Below are positions 52,395 to 64,000 of a DNA stretch of 64,000 bases, piece by piece (positions within the stretch are counted from its first letter, which is position 1; each line of letters begins with the position of its first letter). The translations under genes and the position numbers were made by a program. Source of the DNA: Octopus sinensis (Eukaryota); NCBI RefSeq assembly GCF_006345805.1, contig NC_043004.1, forward strand, positions 83,638,001-83,702,000, written 5' to 3'. Below the pieces are notes generated by a model. That model was not told the origin of the DNA. It saw nothing but the letters and a program-made list of their open reading frames with translations, and searched no databases.

Positions 52395-53620
52395 CGTTGT
52401 TGGTGTGTGCACCAACGGTACTCTAACAATGCTTGGTTGCCGCTTTGGCTATCATACAATGAGTATGAAAGAGAAGTCTGGTTACGCAACTGGTACGCAT
52501 TGTAAACTTCATCCCCAAGCATTGACGGTTAAAACACTGCCCGACCATTTGAAGAATGCTTTGAATGATGTGGTGCAAGCGGTAAATTTTATCAAAGACA
52601 ATTCTCTAAACTCCCATCTTTTTTGCTGACTTGTGCAAGGACAATGGCTCTGATTTTAAAACGCTTTTAATGTATTCCCATGTGCGGTGGTTATCCAAGA
52701 GAAGAGTACTGAAAAGTGTCTTTGTTCTACGAAAGGACATACTCGAATTACTACTTCGTTGTGCTAAAAATGAACTGCATAAAGAATTCTCCAAAGCTCC
52801 GTTCCTTATATGTCTCTCCTTTTTGGCCTACATTTTTGAATCAGTTAATTCTGTTAACTTACCGTTACAAGGAAAGGGCATCACTGTTCTCCAATGAAGC
52901 TCCGTTTGTGGCAGTCGAATTTGGAATGTGAGAATTTTGGCACCATTTCCTTGATGAAGACAGCCTTCGAATTGATGGTGACATCTTCGGCATAATGAAA
53001 CAGCATGACTTAATTCTTCACGCTGAAATTTTAAAAAAATTCTCCAACTTCCCCGACCTATAGTACTTTGAAATAGTTCATCATTTAATCACGAATCCCA
53101 TTGCAATCACTGTTGTTAAACATTAGCCAGAAGATTACTTCATTTAAGAACACTTCATTGACTTGCTGAATGATGGAAGAGGAAAAACCGCCTTTCGTAA
53201 CATGTGTTTGCAGTGAATTCTGGGTTGAAATGATGCAGTCCTATCCAGATGTTGCCAAACTGGACCGCCAAATTCATCGTTCCATTCGCAACAACGTACG
53301 AATGTGAGACGGCTTTGAAACTTTACTCGCAATTAAAACAAAGGCTCGTAATAAACTGGATTTTGCGCATGACATGAGAGACGCATTATCAAAAACAGTC
53401 TAAAATTGATGATATATTACAGACCAAACATCCCTATCATTGAAAGTTTTTTTTTTAATTTTATCCGTAAAATTATATCTTATGAAAAATTATTTTCTAC
53501 AAGGTCATTTTGCTTTGTTCGTCTTCTCTGATTTTTCATTTTGGAGCGGGGGTTGGGTTCAGCAAATCGTCGAAAAAATGTGAGTAAGACGAAAATTCTG
53601 AAAAAGTTTGGGTTATAGAA
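52395..53620 (+). mobile_element. hAT (Charlie/Buster-type) transposase pseudogene, C-terminal two-thirds plus 3' end
   Basis: VGVCTNG..MLG...THCKLHPQALTVKTLP..LKNALNDVVQAVNFIK..SLNS.LF..LC.D...LL.YSHVRWLSK.RVL..VF.LR, and later GFETLLAIKTKARNKLD..HDMRDALSKT. Frameshifted. Ends with aaaaagtttggg, a TIR-like motif. Confidence 0.88.
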
Positions 53621-54201
53621 CAAACAGCTGTTAGTTAATGAAATTAATCACGTGGTCTTTGTTTTTCTCTGGTGTGTCATCTCTTTGTTTCTTATGATCA
53701 CCCTATACTCATGTAACATTATTTTATAAAACATACATATAGTGTTATTAGTCTCATTATGCCTCAGCGAAATACTAATAAAATAAATATGTGTGTATAT
53801 ATAAAGTCTCTAAGCGCCTTATTCATATCTCTGATCATGTTCGTGAGAAATGTGCGTTTATTTTTATTTTGAGGTTTCCTTTTTGTTTTGTATTTAGATT
53901 GATATTCCTTCCTGCAACACGACGATCTCACAATTATGGAATTCGCTATAAATAAACCACAACAGTAATGTATTCATGTATGCAATTTCTATATCAACAA
54001 GATTATTGCAATAAAAAAAGACACACACTTGACACAGGCGGCAAAATCGTCGAGTGCTACAGTTTTATGCCCTCACTCTTTCTCCATCTCCCCTCTCTCT
54101 CTCTTTCTCATTCTCTCTCTATATGTATATATATATATATGCGTGTGTGAGTGTTTATGTGCGAATGCGTATGTATGCGTGCGCCTGTGTGTGAGCACTC
54201 T

Positions 54202-54236
<35 letters not shown>

Positions 54237-54790
54237 TGTGTGTAAACACGAATGCCTGTAAATAAATATCAACGAATTATGACAACATAAAACCATTTCG
54301 TAACGAAGTTGTTCTCAATAAATTTAGAAATTAAAACTACATACGAGATATTGTCAATTTATAAGTTTGAATTCTCATACACATAAAATTATGTATAGAA
54401 GTTTATGTTGTTTCCAACTTCGTATTAAAATGTTTTCCACAACTGAATATTAGTTAATATCAATGTATTTTGATATCACTGCGCAATACAGTTTACATAT
54501 CGATCGCATGTGTTTATAAATTGCAGCATTTCAATTAATATTTAACTTTTCCTTAACTGCATAGATTATTGCGATGTGTTAAATTATTCAAATTGGTGCT
54601 TGAGTATATATGACGTACATTTTTCATCCTACTCGTCTTATTACGGCCACTTACATTCCATAAAATATATATACACTGAAAGCGTAAATATGCGAAGAAA
54701 GAGAAAATAACAAATGTATTTTTATCAATGGAATATATTATAACATAATGAAATATGTTAATATATAATCTAATGCATATGTAAATGTAA

Positions 54791-55188
54791 GGCGGCGAGC
54801 TGGCTGAAACGTTAGCCCGGTGGGGGAAAGACTTAGTAGTTTTCGTCTGTCTTTACGTTCTGACTTCAAATTCCGCCGAGGTCGACTTTGCCTTTCATCC
54901 TTTCGGGGTCGATAAATTAAGCACTAGCTACGCACTGGGATCGATGTAATCGACTTGAAGCGTTTGTCTGTCCTTGTTTGTCTCCTCTGTATTTAGCCCC
55001 TTGTGGGTAGTAAAGAAATAAGTATTTGGTCTGTCTTTACGTTCTGTGTTCAAATTCTGCGAAAGTCGACTTTGTCTTTCATCCTTTCGGGGTTGATAAA
55101 CTAAGTACCAGTTGCGTATTGGAGTTGATCTAATCAACTGTCTCCTTCCCAAAACCTTTCGTTCCTTGTGCCTAGAGTAGAAAAGAAT
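54791..55188 (+). mobile_element. SINE family A, dimeric: head, body, Tx1-like tail, second body, different tail
   Basis: The body tttcgtctgtctttacgttctg...gtcgactttg.ctttcatcctttcgggg occurs at about 54840 and again at about 55024. The two are separated by ctgtccttgtttgtctcctct...taaagaaata (54968-55020). Confidence 0.9.
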
Positions 55189-55393
55189 GCATATATATGT
55201 TTAAGTCAAAAATTATTCGCCCTCTTGTTTCTGTAATTCCTTAAAACAAAGCCAGTGGTCGAACAGTTGCATCAGTTTTCGACATACACTCCTTCTTTTC
55301 CAATGCACTCCTTCTTTTTCAATGCACTCCTTCCAGGGGTTCACAGTCTTACTTATTTCATCAAAAAAGATGAAATACGCTGGTCATTAAGCC

Positions 55394-55464
55394 ATGGATG
55401 AACCGCGTCTTGCCCTTCCAGCAAATCGATGTCCTCGTAAAAGATCTTTGAGCGATCCAAGGAG
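55394..55464 (+). CDS. Candidate first coding exon of an unidentified host gene (exon 55337-55464), peptide MDEPRLALPANRCPRKRSLSDPR
   Basis: Pyrimidine-rich acceptor cactccttccag| at 55336, in-frame upstream stop, gccATGG context, donor AG|GTAATA at 55465, and non-repetitive sequence. No homology recognised. Confidence 0.4.
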
Positions 55465-55927
55465 GTAATAGTCAAAACGAACGAAATCCGATGTGTAAGA
55501 AATCAAAACATTCTGGGAACTTCTAAATCATACTTCGTTAGAGTTTAAATTTTAGAATCCATGAATGCAACACAAACATTCCTCAATAAGCATAGTTTAA
55601 AATGTACAAACTGACACACGTATACATACATGGTATCAATCATATCGATGCATACCTCCATTCATATATACATAAATGTGCACATACATATATACATAAA
55701 TATGTACATGCATGCATACCTAATATTTGCGTATTCGTTTGTGTTTGTGTGAGTAAAGGAGCATAAAGAAGTGTGGTCTTCTCATGCTTTCAAATATCTA
55801 AAACATTCATTATATGAAGGAAACTAATTTGTAAGCGCTTCTACACATAATCGCTATGTAGAGGTTCTTTATTCAGTCGCTTGATCAATCTCTTTCAAAT
55901 ATATGACATCTATGTATATATATATGA

Positions 55928-56087
55928 AGGCGCAGGAGTGACTGTGTGGTAAGAACCTTGCTTACCAATCACATGGTTCCGGGTCCCGTGCAGTCTGTGT
56001 CAGCTTGGGCAAATGTCTTCTAGTATAGCCTCGGGCCGATCAAAGCCTTGTCAGTGGATTTGGTGCGCGGAAACTCAAAGAAGCCCT
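55928..56087 (+). mobile_element. SINE family C head
   Basis: aggcgcaggagtgactgtgtggtaag...cttgggcaaatgtcttctagtatagcctcgggccga...aaagaagccc. Confidence 0.85.
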
Positions 56088-56231
56088 ATATGTGTGTGTG
56101 TGCGCCTATGTTTGTAGTGAAGTTATGAACCTCCGAACATTTGAGTCATACCAGTAACCTTTACAGTTGAACGCGAAACCGATTGTCACTCTCCCATCGG
56201 CAGTAACAACCAGCCTTCTCTCTCTATATAT

Positions 56232-56890
56232 ATTGGGTTGTCCAGAAAGTTCGTCATTTTTAGTCGTTCATGTTCCAACACATAAGAACACATCAAATTT
56301 GTAGACGCATATAACATGCTAACATTTCCGGTTAGTGCATACTTCAATCTATCACCTGAGAAAGAAAGTTTAAAATTACTTAATTCCTGTTTATTTTGCA
56401 TCCGTATGAAAATGGAAGATATGGTGCATTTTAGACACTAGATGCAGTTTTTTTTCCATTACTTAAAGTCAAAAATGCCTGGCAAGCAACAAAACGATAT
56501 TTATTGCGTACGATGATGGTTCTTCAGCTGACAGAAGTGTGCTGAAGTGGTTCGTTAAGTTTTGAGCTGGAGATTGTAGCCTTATTGATGAAGAACACTC
56601 AGGCACCCCTACCCCCACTTCAGGTGACGACCAATTCAAGATATTGACTGAAAATAACTTGCACCACTCAACGCGGGAATTGACAGAAACACTATATTTA
56701 TAAAAATCGACCATCCGTGAATACTTAGTGAAGCTTGGATATTCAAATCGCTACGATGTTTAGATACCACATGATCGGTTTGAAAAGAATCTTTTGGATC
56801 ACATTTCTGTCTGAAGCTTTCTGTATAAATGCAAAGAAAATGCACTCTTTTTGAAACAAGAGAAATGTATTTAAAATAACCGTTAACAAA
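56232..56890 (+). mobile_element. Mariner remnant: 5' TIR plus N-terminal transposase
   Basis: TA|TTGGGTTGTCCAGAAAGTTCG terminus. Translation MED.VHFRH...DRSVLKWFVKF*AGDCSL.DEEHSG...STRELTETL...KSTIREYLVKLGY..RYDV.IPH, then a deletion across the first catalytic Asp. Confidence 0.85.
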
Positions 56891-57187
56891 TAGGGATGCA
56901 TAAACGCCCTCGGGCAAGATGGATTGCATGTTCGTTTTTCTATTTGCCATTTGTGATTTTATTTTTTATCTTCTATATAAATGAAGATATTTCCTCCTTC
57001 TGGCTGTTTTTCTCGCTACTTTTCTCTTGCGGAACAGTTATTTAAACAAGTTTTAAATATATATATATATATAGTCAATAATAATAAGGGTAAAATTAAT
57101 TAATTAATTAGTAATTAATAATTTTACCAAGCAGTGTTCAGTATGTAAAAGGACCATTTACGGTAAATATAAATATTACTTTATATA

Positions 57188-57587
57188 ATTAGGGTTCACC
57201 AAAAAAATTGCTTTACCACACACCGAACTTTTAGAAATAGCAGCCAAAGAATTTAACTATTTCCACTACTATAAAAAGAGTCTCCCAGATAATGTATGCT
57301 CAAAAACAATTCACGTACGCATACAGGGAAAAATAACGAAAGTTCACTCGAAAATTAGATTACTTGTGAACGCGTTTCTGGGTTAGTTAGATATAGAGAT
57401 GCTAGAAATACATCCCTATTCAAACATTCCCGTCATCAGCACAAGTTTACATTAAATTTAAATTTGAGAGCACTAAAAATCGAACGTACCCGTCTGATCT
57501 GAGTAACCTTAGTCAAACCATCCTCGACATCGTGCTATTTCTAAAAGTTCGGTGTGTGGTAAAGTAATTTTTTGGCTGAACCCTAAT
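57188..57587. mobile_element. Tc1/mariner-type MITE with about 55-bp TIRs and a TA target duplication
   Basis: ta|attagggttcaccaaaaaaattgctttaccacacaccgaacttttagaaatagca ... tgctatttctaaaagttcggtgtgtggtaaagtaattttttggctgaaccctaat|ta. A related single end lies near 20207-20252. Confidence 0.9.
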
Positions 57588-57600
57588 TATATAAAGTAAT

Positions 57601-57643
<43 letters not shown>

Positions 57644-57689
57644 ATACTATATATATATACATACACATATACATATATGTACATATATT

Positions 57690-57733
<44 letters not shown>

Positions 57734-58331
57734 TAAATACATACACGCGCACAGACACATACACGCACACATACACACATGCACACACACATATGTATAA
57801 ATATGTGTGTGCATGCTTACTTATATGTATGTTACTATATAGATATGTACTTACGTATGCCCTCACATGTTTCAATGCATAAATTCATAGTGTATTCATA
57901 TCCTCAGCATATTATATCTATATGAGAAAGATAGGGAGCATTGTTGTTGTTGTTATGACAAAGTAGTCGTTTATAAATAAGAGAAATCTATGTTTTCTTT
58001 ACCTTATGTTAACATTTCTGAGAAGACAGGAAACTGTTTTTGAAATAATTACTTTTATTTTACTATTTTGCTTCAAGAATAGTGACATGAAACTTTAATG
58101 AAAATCTCTGTAAGTATTAGGCAATTGTGATGCTTGTTCACAAAACTGTCTATAACATTTCTATGTATTTTTACGAGTATCAACTACCACAAAATCAAAT
58201 TCAATATATTTAGAAAGTATGCGTTTTTTCTTGATCCTTTTCTAGAATTTTGCACACATGCTTTTATATATATATATACATGCTCGCAAACATTTATCTT
58301 TCCCACCTTTGCCTTACTATCTTTCTGTCTG

Positions 58332-58400
<69 letters not shown>

Positions 58401-59689
58401 ATATCTATCTATCTATCTATCTATCTATCAACCTATTTATTTATCTCTGTCGCTTACTCTCTCTCTCTCTCTTTCAATACATATATATATATATCTATCT
58501 ATATATATCTATATCTATATATATATATCTATATCTATATATATATATATATATATATATACGTGTGTGTATGTAAACACAAATATATATATATATATAC
58601 ATATAATTACATGCATATATATATGTATATATATATTATATGTGTGTATACATACATACATACACACACATACATATATACGTATGTGTGTAAATACATT
58701 CATATATATGTAGTGAGCTTGTTACACACACTACAAAAGACATACACGAATATGTGAGTGCGAGTGTGTATGTGCATGTGTGTGTGTGTATCTAAGTAAG
58801 TGTACGAAATTATGTAAGGTTGAATGATCTGATGTAAAATTATATATTTTCATAACAGAACCACCTACTCAATGACAAACGAAACTAAACAAACCGACTC
58901 AATACAAACATAAAACACGGTGGTACATGTATGATAAATCAATTTTTAATCTGAAAAGAAAGCAGTGTTAGTTTTCTTAAAGAGAGCCGAAAGCAATTTC
59001 TATATCTTCAATGTCTGACACTAATAAACATAACGGCTGTTTTAATCGGCCACACTGACTAGACTAAGAATTTTTACCGTATAACAGCAGACGAAAAAAA
59101 AAACGCTTGGAAATGTATTACAGCCAGCACATTTACAAATGTCCAAATTATTTATATATATTATGTAAGACCCACCACGACAAGAAACAAAAATAAACGT
59201 AAATGCACAGAATTCAGTGAAAATTAAACACACCAATTTGAGGTGCATGATTAGTTAATATATTAGGTCTTCGTGTCGCATGGTACATAATATCATCGAC
59301 CAAAGACTGTTGGAAGGCAAAATTGACGCCTTTGAGAAATGAATCATGTACTTGCAGAGTCAAAAGATTTGACCTCGCTCGCACAAGACTCATGGTCTGG
59401 TGGTGAAGTCCTACTTCGCATACACGTATCAATAACCATCCAATACAATACAACACACTCTACACGTTCTCATTTTATAACCTATAACCAACGCAAAAAT
59501 ACCTATAATTATACAAACTACTCATACAACTTACATTTCTACACAACTGTGATCTATTAGTGCTTTACAAATCACGGCTTTCAAACTTTCTGCAATTATC
59601 CTCGGATATTGCATAACATAAGACAAATAACGCAGCATTTATGAATGATAGAAGCACTTACAACGGATAAGGTGCATGCAGCAAAGCAA

Positions 59690-60432
59690 GATTTTTTTTA
59701 GGGTGAAGACACGCATTTGGGGAGGGTAACTATGGCTTATGTCGCTTACTCCAGGATCTCTTGCTCTGAACATTTCGGTAGTTAATCTATTTATCATCAC
59801 CTGTCACAATTTGCTTTAAATAAGGTACCTTTTCATTCCGTTTATAAAGCGAATCTCAAATGGAAATGCAATCCAAATGGTTCTTCTCATTCAACTTATG
59901 TGGCACCAAATCATCGTAGCGATTTATGTACTCAAGCATTACTAGGTGCTCATGAACGACGGATTTGGATAGGTTGAAGCTTTTTGCCAATATTCGGTTT
60001 GTGCAATGTGGGTTATTCTCAATTAATGACTTGATTTGGTCATCATCCGTAGTGGATGATCTGTATGATCACTCTTTCTCAATAAGGCTACAATCTCCAG
60101 CTCGGAACCTTGCGAACCACCTCCGTACAGTTCTTTCGGATAAAGAAACATCACCGTAAACTGCGCATATTTCTTTGGTTACTTGTAAGGAATTTTCCCT
60201 TTACGGAAAAAGAAAAGCATCAAACGCCGAAAATGAACTTTCTCATCTTCCCTTTTGAAGGGTTACAGAATTAACACAGGTTATAGGAACATAAACCTGC
60301 CACGAAAAGGTATCTGTAACTGTGCTCTAAATGGAGGTGTAGTGAAATACTATTTTATGGACTCAACGATGTTCTAAAATAAGTCGAAATGTAAGCTACA
60401 AAAAATCGGCATGAACGTTCCGGACAACTCAA
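59690..60432 (-). mobile_element. Mariner remnant: 5' TIR plus N-terminal half of transposase
   Basis: TA|TTGAGTTGTCCGGAACGTTCATGCCG terminus. Translation EDEKVHFRRLMLFFFRKGKN...ICAVYG...ERTVRRWFARFRAGDCSL...LVPHKLNEKN...LKQIVTGDDK*INY.N...KRSW...LHPKK. Confidence 0.88.
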
Positions 60433-60680
60433 TATATATATATACACCTCCCCGACAAACACAAGATACATAGTCACATATTCTTATCATTATCAAAGAA
60501 TATATGACTGTATTTTAATACTTTTGTGATAACCAGTTCTTAGAACACCAAAGTTAATACAAAGCTTTACATTTTACTATGACAATCTTTTCTTTTTCTA
60601 AAAAACTGAAACCGGTTAAGCCAATAAACATCTCTAAAAGTCTTTTGCATTTTCAAACCTTCTTCCATATATGTATCTAC

Positions 60681-60733
<53 letters not shown>

Positions 60734-61610
60734 ATATATATATATCCATCACACACATATGTGTGTGTGTGTGTGTGCATATGTGTACTATACTTCGGAA
60801 AATGCAACAAATACAATTACATACATGTGTTCATGTGTGTGTGTTTACGTGTTTGTAGTATGTATGTAGGTATGTACATATTTTTCCCATTTTATTTTGA
60901 TATGGAAAGGAATAATATTAACTGGCAGGATGGGTTTGAATGTGTAGAAAGCGTAGAATAAGTCGCGACTCATCTATTCCTTAATTTTAGAAGAAAGGAA
61001 GTTTACTTTGGTAAAACAATGAATAGCATCGGAAACAAGTTTTGTAAAAGGAGTGTAAATAATAAAATATTATATAGGAATATATAGAATGTCTCATGAC
61101 CTGTGGTCATATACACAGCGAATCTATATTGATATGAATGCTTGTATTTCACAGAGAACCATCATAGAATTTTCCATATCTCATATAATTTGAAATTTGA
61201 TATAATTTTCATATCAGATATAATATGTAATATCTGATAGCATTGGAAATGCCTGAAATTCATTGGTTCATGCAGGCAGCTACCAGCAATGTGTAATATC
61301 TGACTGATATCAAAATTGCGTACGTTTGATGATAACGTTTGTGTTTCGATCAAGGTCTTTGTAGAGAGGGAAGCCAAATAATTAGGATTCATTTAGGATA
61401 CGCTTACTTTGAAAATGTTTCCATGATAAACAGTTTATTTTATTTCACTAATTTTACTCATTTCTGCAATGAGTCCGTCACAAACATCTAATGGTTTTTA
61501 ATATAATTATGGATTTAATGTGCATTTACACTGGGATTAAATGAAGGAGATGGTCCCTATGGTAGTTACATACAACGATACATACATACATACATACATA
61601 CATACACAAT

Positions 61611-61642
<32 letters not shown>

Positions 61643-62357
61643 TATTGATAGACAGATGGACAGAGAGACAGATAGATAGAGATATATAAATAGATAATTA
61701 TCAACTGTGGAACGCAACTCACTACATAAAGCTGATGTTTGTGCAATGCATTAAAATAATAGTTTATTTCACTATTGTAAAATTAAGATAACTGTTAATA
61801 ATAAAACGCTAAAATCAAGCCAAGTTGGAATTTCATTGATTCTTACACACACACACGCACGCACACGCACACACACATAAATATGCATGTGTTTATGTGT
61901 ACATACATATGCATGCGTACATACAAATATACATATATACATACTCACATACATATAATGTCATTAACTTCCTATCCCAAACACATTGCATATCATATTC
62001 GATGCTCTGATGTGGCTATGAGGTGCTGCTCAAGAACTCAACAATACATTCACTGCATTTTATAAGTCCAAACAACTGTAAGATATTTATGGTCATAAGA
62101 TGATCGTTTATTGTTCTTTCCAACTTATTTTCTACTTTCCATTCTATACTTGACTAACGCTTCGTTCCGAAACATAAATAAATATATATCTATATCTACC
62201 TAAATATATATATATATATATGTATGTATGTATGTATGTATATGATAAATTTAGGGTAATATGTTATAATTTTACCAAGTAGTCAATATGTAAATAAAAA
62301 CCTGTTAGGTAAATTTTTTAAATTATTCTATAATATTTTGCATAATTATATCAAGGG

Positions 62358-62637
62358 GTCAGCTATGTGCCTGGCCACGTACTGAATTAGAAATTGATGC
62401 TAATGTCTTTTCTACAACCATAAAATCTCCGACAAAAATAACACACTTTTAATATAGACAAAATTTTAAAAAATGATAAATTAACACCAATTAACTAGAT
62501 CCTTGTTAATTCATTTTAATTCACGTATTTTCTTTTGCCTACCTTAAAAGTGTGTTATTTTTCTAGGAGTTTTATTGTAGTAGAAAAGATATTAGGGTCT
62601 ATTTCTAATTCTGTACGTGGCGAGGCACGTAGCTGAC
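62358..62637. mobile_element. Foldback MITE with about 95-bp imperfect TIRs
   Basis: 62358-62453 (gtcagctatgtgcctggccacgtactgaattagaaat...aaaataacacacttttaa) is inverted at 62545-62637. Confidence 0.75.
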
Positions 62638-62697
62638 ATCTTTTTATAATTATGTATATAATTATAGAATAATTTATATGTACATATTATATATATA

Positions 62698-62784
<87 letters not shown>

Positions 62785-62904
62785 TATATATATATGTATA
62801 TATGTATATATGTATGTATATATGCATATATATACATACATAAAGAGAGAGTAAGAACGAGAGAGCCCGCTCTACAGCAGGTCATACGTCTCGCAAGCAA
62901 CGTG

Positions 62905-62935
<31 letters not shown>

Positions 62936-64000
62936 GTCTGTCTGTGTGTCTGTCTATAGCGTTAGGAAGAAAACATATTAATTTGATTGAATAATCTTCG
63001 TTTATATTTGTCATTTTGTCGCAGACCTATTCGGATATTGCTTAGGCAGTTTCCTTGCATATCATCAATCTGCAGACCGAAGCAGTTAAGGTCTAATGCA
63101 CAGTAATTTAAAATATTATTTACCCATGAAGGTGGAGAGAATACAGAGCCATATGTAATGAAAGTATTTCTTTAGTGTGTGTATATGTATATATGTATAT
63201 ATGTATATACAGGTTAAGTGAAAACTTTTTGTCAAATTTTCAGTGGCAACTTGTATCTCCATGTGATATCATTAATTTGATACTTTTCAAATTGTTGCCT
63301 AATTGTTTATCCTTTATTTATCATAAGTTACATATAAACATTATTTGTCGAGTCTTTAACTCAAAGGTCTGGGAATGAGTGGTTACAATGTTGACATTAG
63401 CGACATAATTTCGAACTCCACAAACCATTAGCATTCAACAATTACATAAGCTTGGTCGTGGGAACAGACGTTGTCATGTAGTTCCTAATGAATTAATGAA
63501 TAACCAAGGTCAACGGTATGTGAACGTTTGCAAACAGAGGCGAAACTTACAGGCTACTCGCGATTGGGGTCGAATTGATTCTAGAAGATAAAAAATGCTA
63601 ATCCTAATCCCAATCATCATCCCAAATGATAACCCTAATCCTAATGAAAGTAAACAGCGGTTTCGTTCTGACCATGCTTTGGAACTTGTTCTCATACAAG
63701 TGTGCTCTAAACTTCTTGTGAGTTTGGAAGAGTTGTTTCACTTTGAGATTGTCTTAGATGGTCTTGCGGGGATGACATCCATATTGTTCTAATTTCTAAT
63801 TTTTTGCTTGGAAGAGCATTAAAGCGCTAGTGTCAAAAGTAAAAAAAAATACATTAACAAAAGTCACTAAAACAAATCGTAACTCTGTTTATGAAAAATG
63901 AAATTATATTCTTGCTAAACCAATATATATATGACATTTTAAAGTGCCGTTTAGAATACGCAGTTTTCCACTGCTAGTGCCTGAAATACCAACTTTCTAT

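Noticed and set aside
59235-59560. Possible downstream exon or RTE remnant (KIDAFE...EVLLRI)
   Set aside because: Motif spacing does not fit RTE, splice sites are weak, and the frames conflict.

Overview
This is AT-rich, microsatellite-saturated eukaryotic DNA with no complete host gene. The repeat content resembles what I recall of Octopus (coleoid cephalopod) genomes; the species is inferred, not shown. It reads as intergenic or deep intronic sequence built from nested mobile elements. These include a young 5'-truncated RTE LINE (about 8990-12385, minus) and a Tx1/L1-type ORF2 3' fragment joined head-to-tail to an ORF1-only Tx1 derivative (3671-6385). There are also several Penelope-like (PLE) remnants and pseudo-LTRs carrying minimal hammerhead ribozyme motifs, three mariner remnants, a hAT (Charlie/Buster) remnant and a CR1/L2-group 3' end. 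At least four MITE types and about 20 tRNA-derived SINE copies with swapped modules are present. Most ORFs in the supplied track are microsatellite translations. The most notable signals are four. (1) A 432-bp unit with an intact hammerhead, in tandem plus inverted form (7401-8148), and further hammerheads from other PLE families. (2) An ORF1-only Tx1 element, a Tx1 LINE and a SINE that share one 3' tail. (3) A MITE carrying TTAGGG arrays. (4) One plausible first coding exon of a host gene (55337-55464, plus). All calls were made by eye; coordinates of degenerate elements are approximate.
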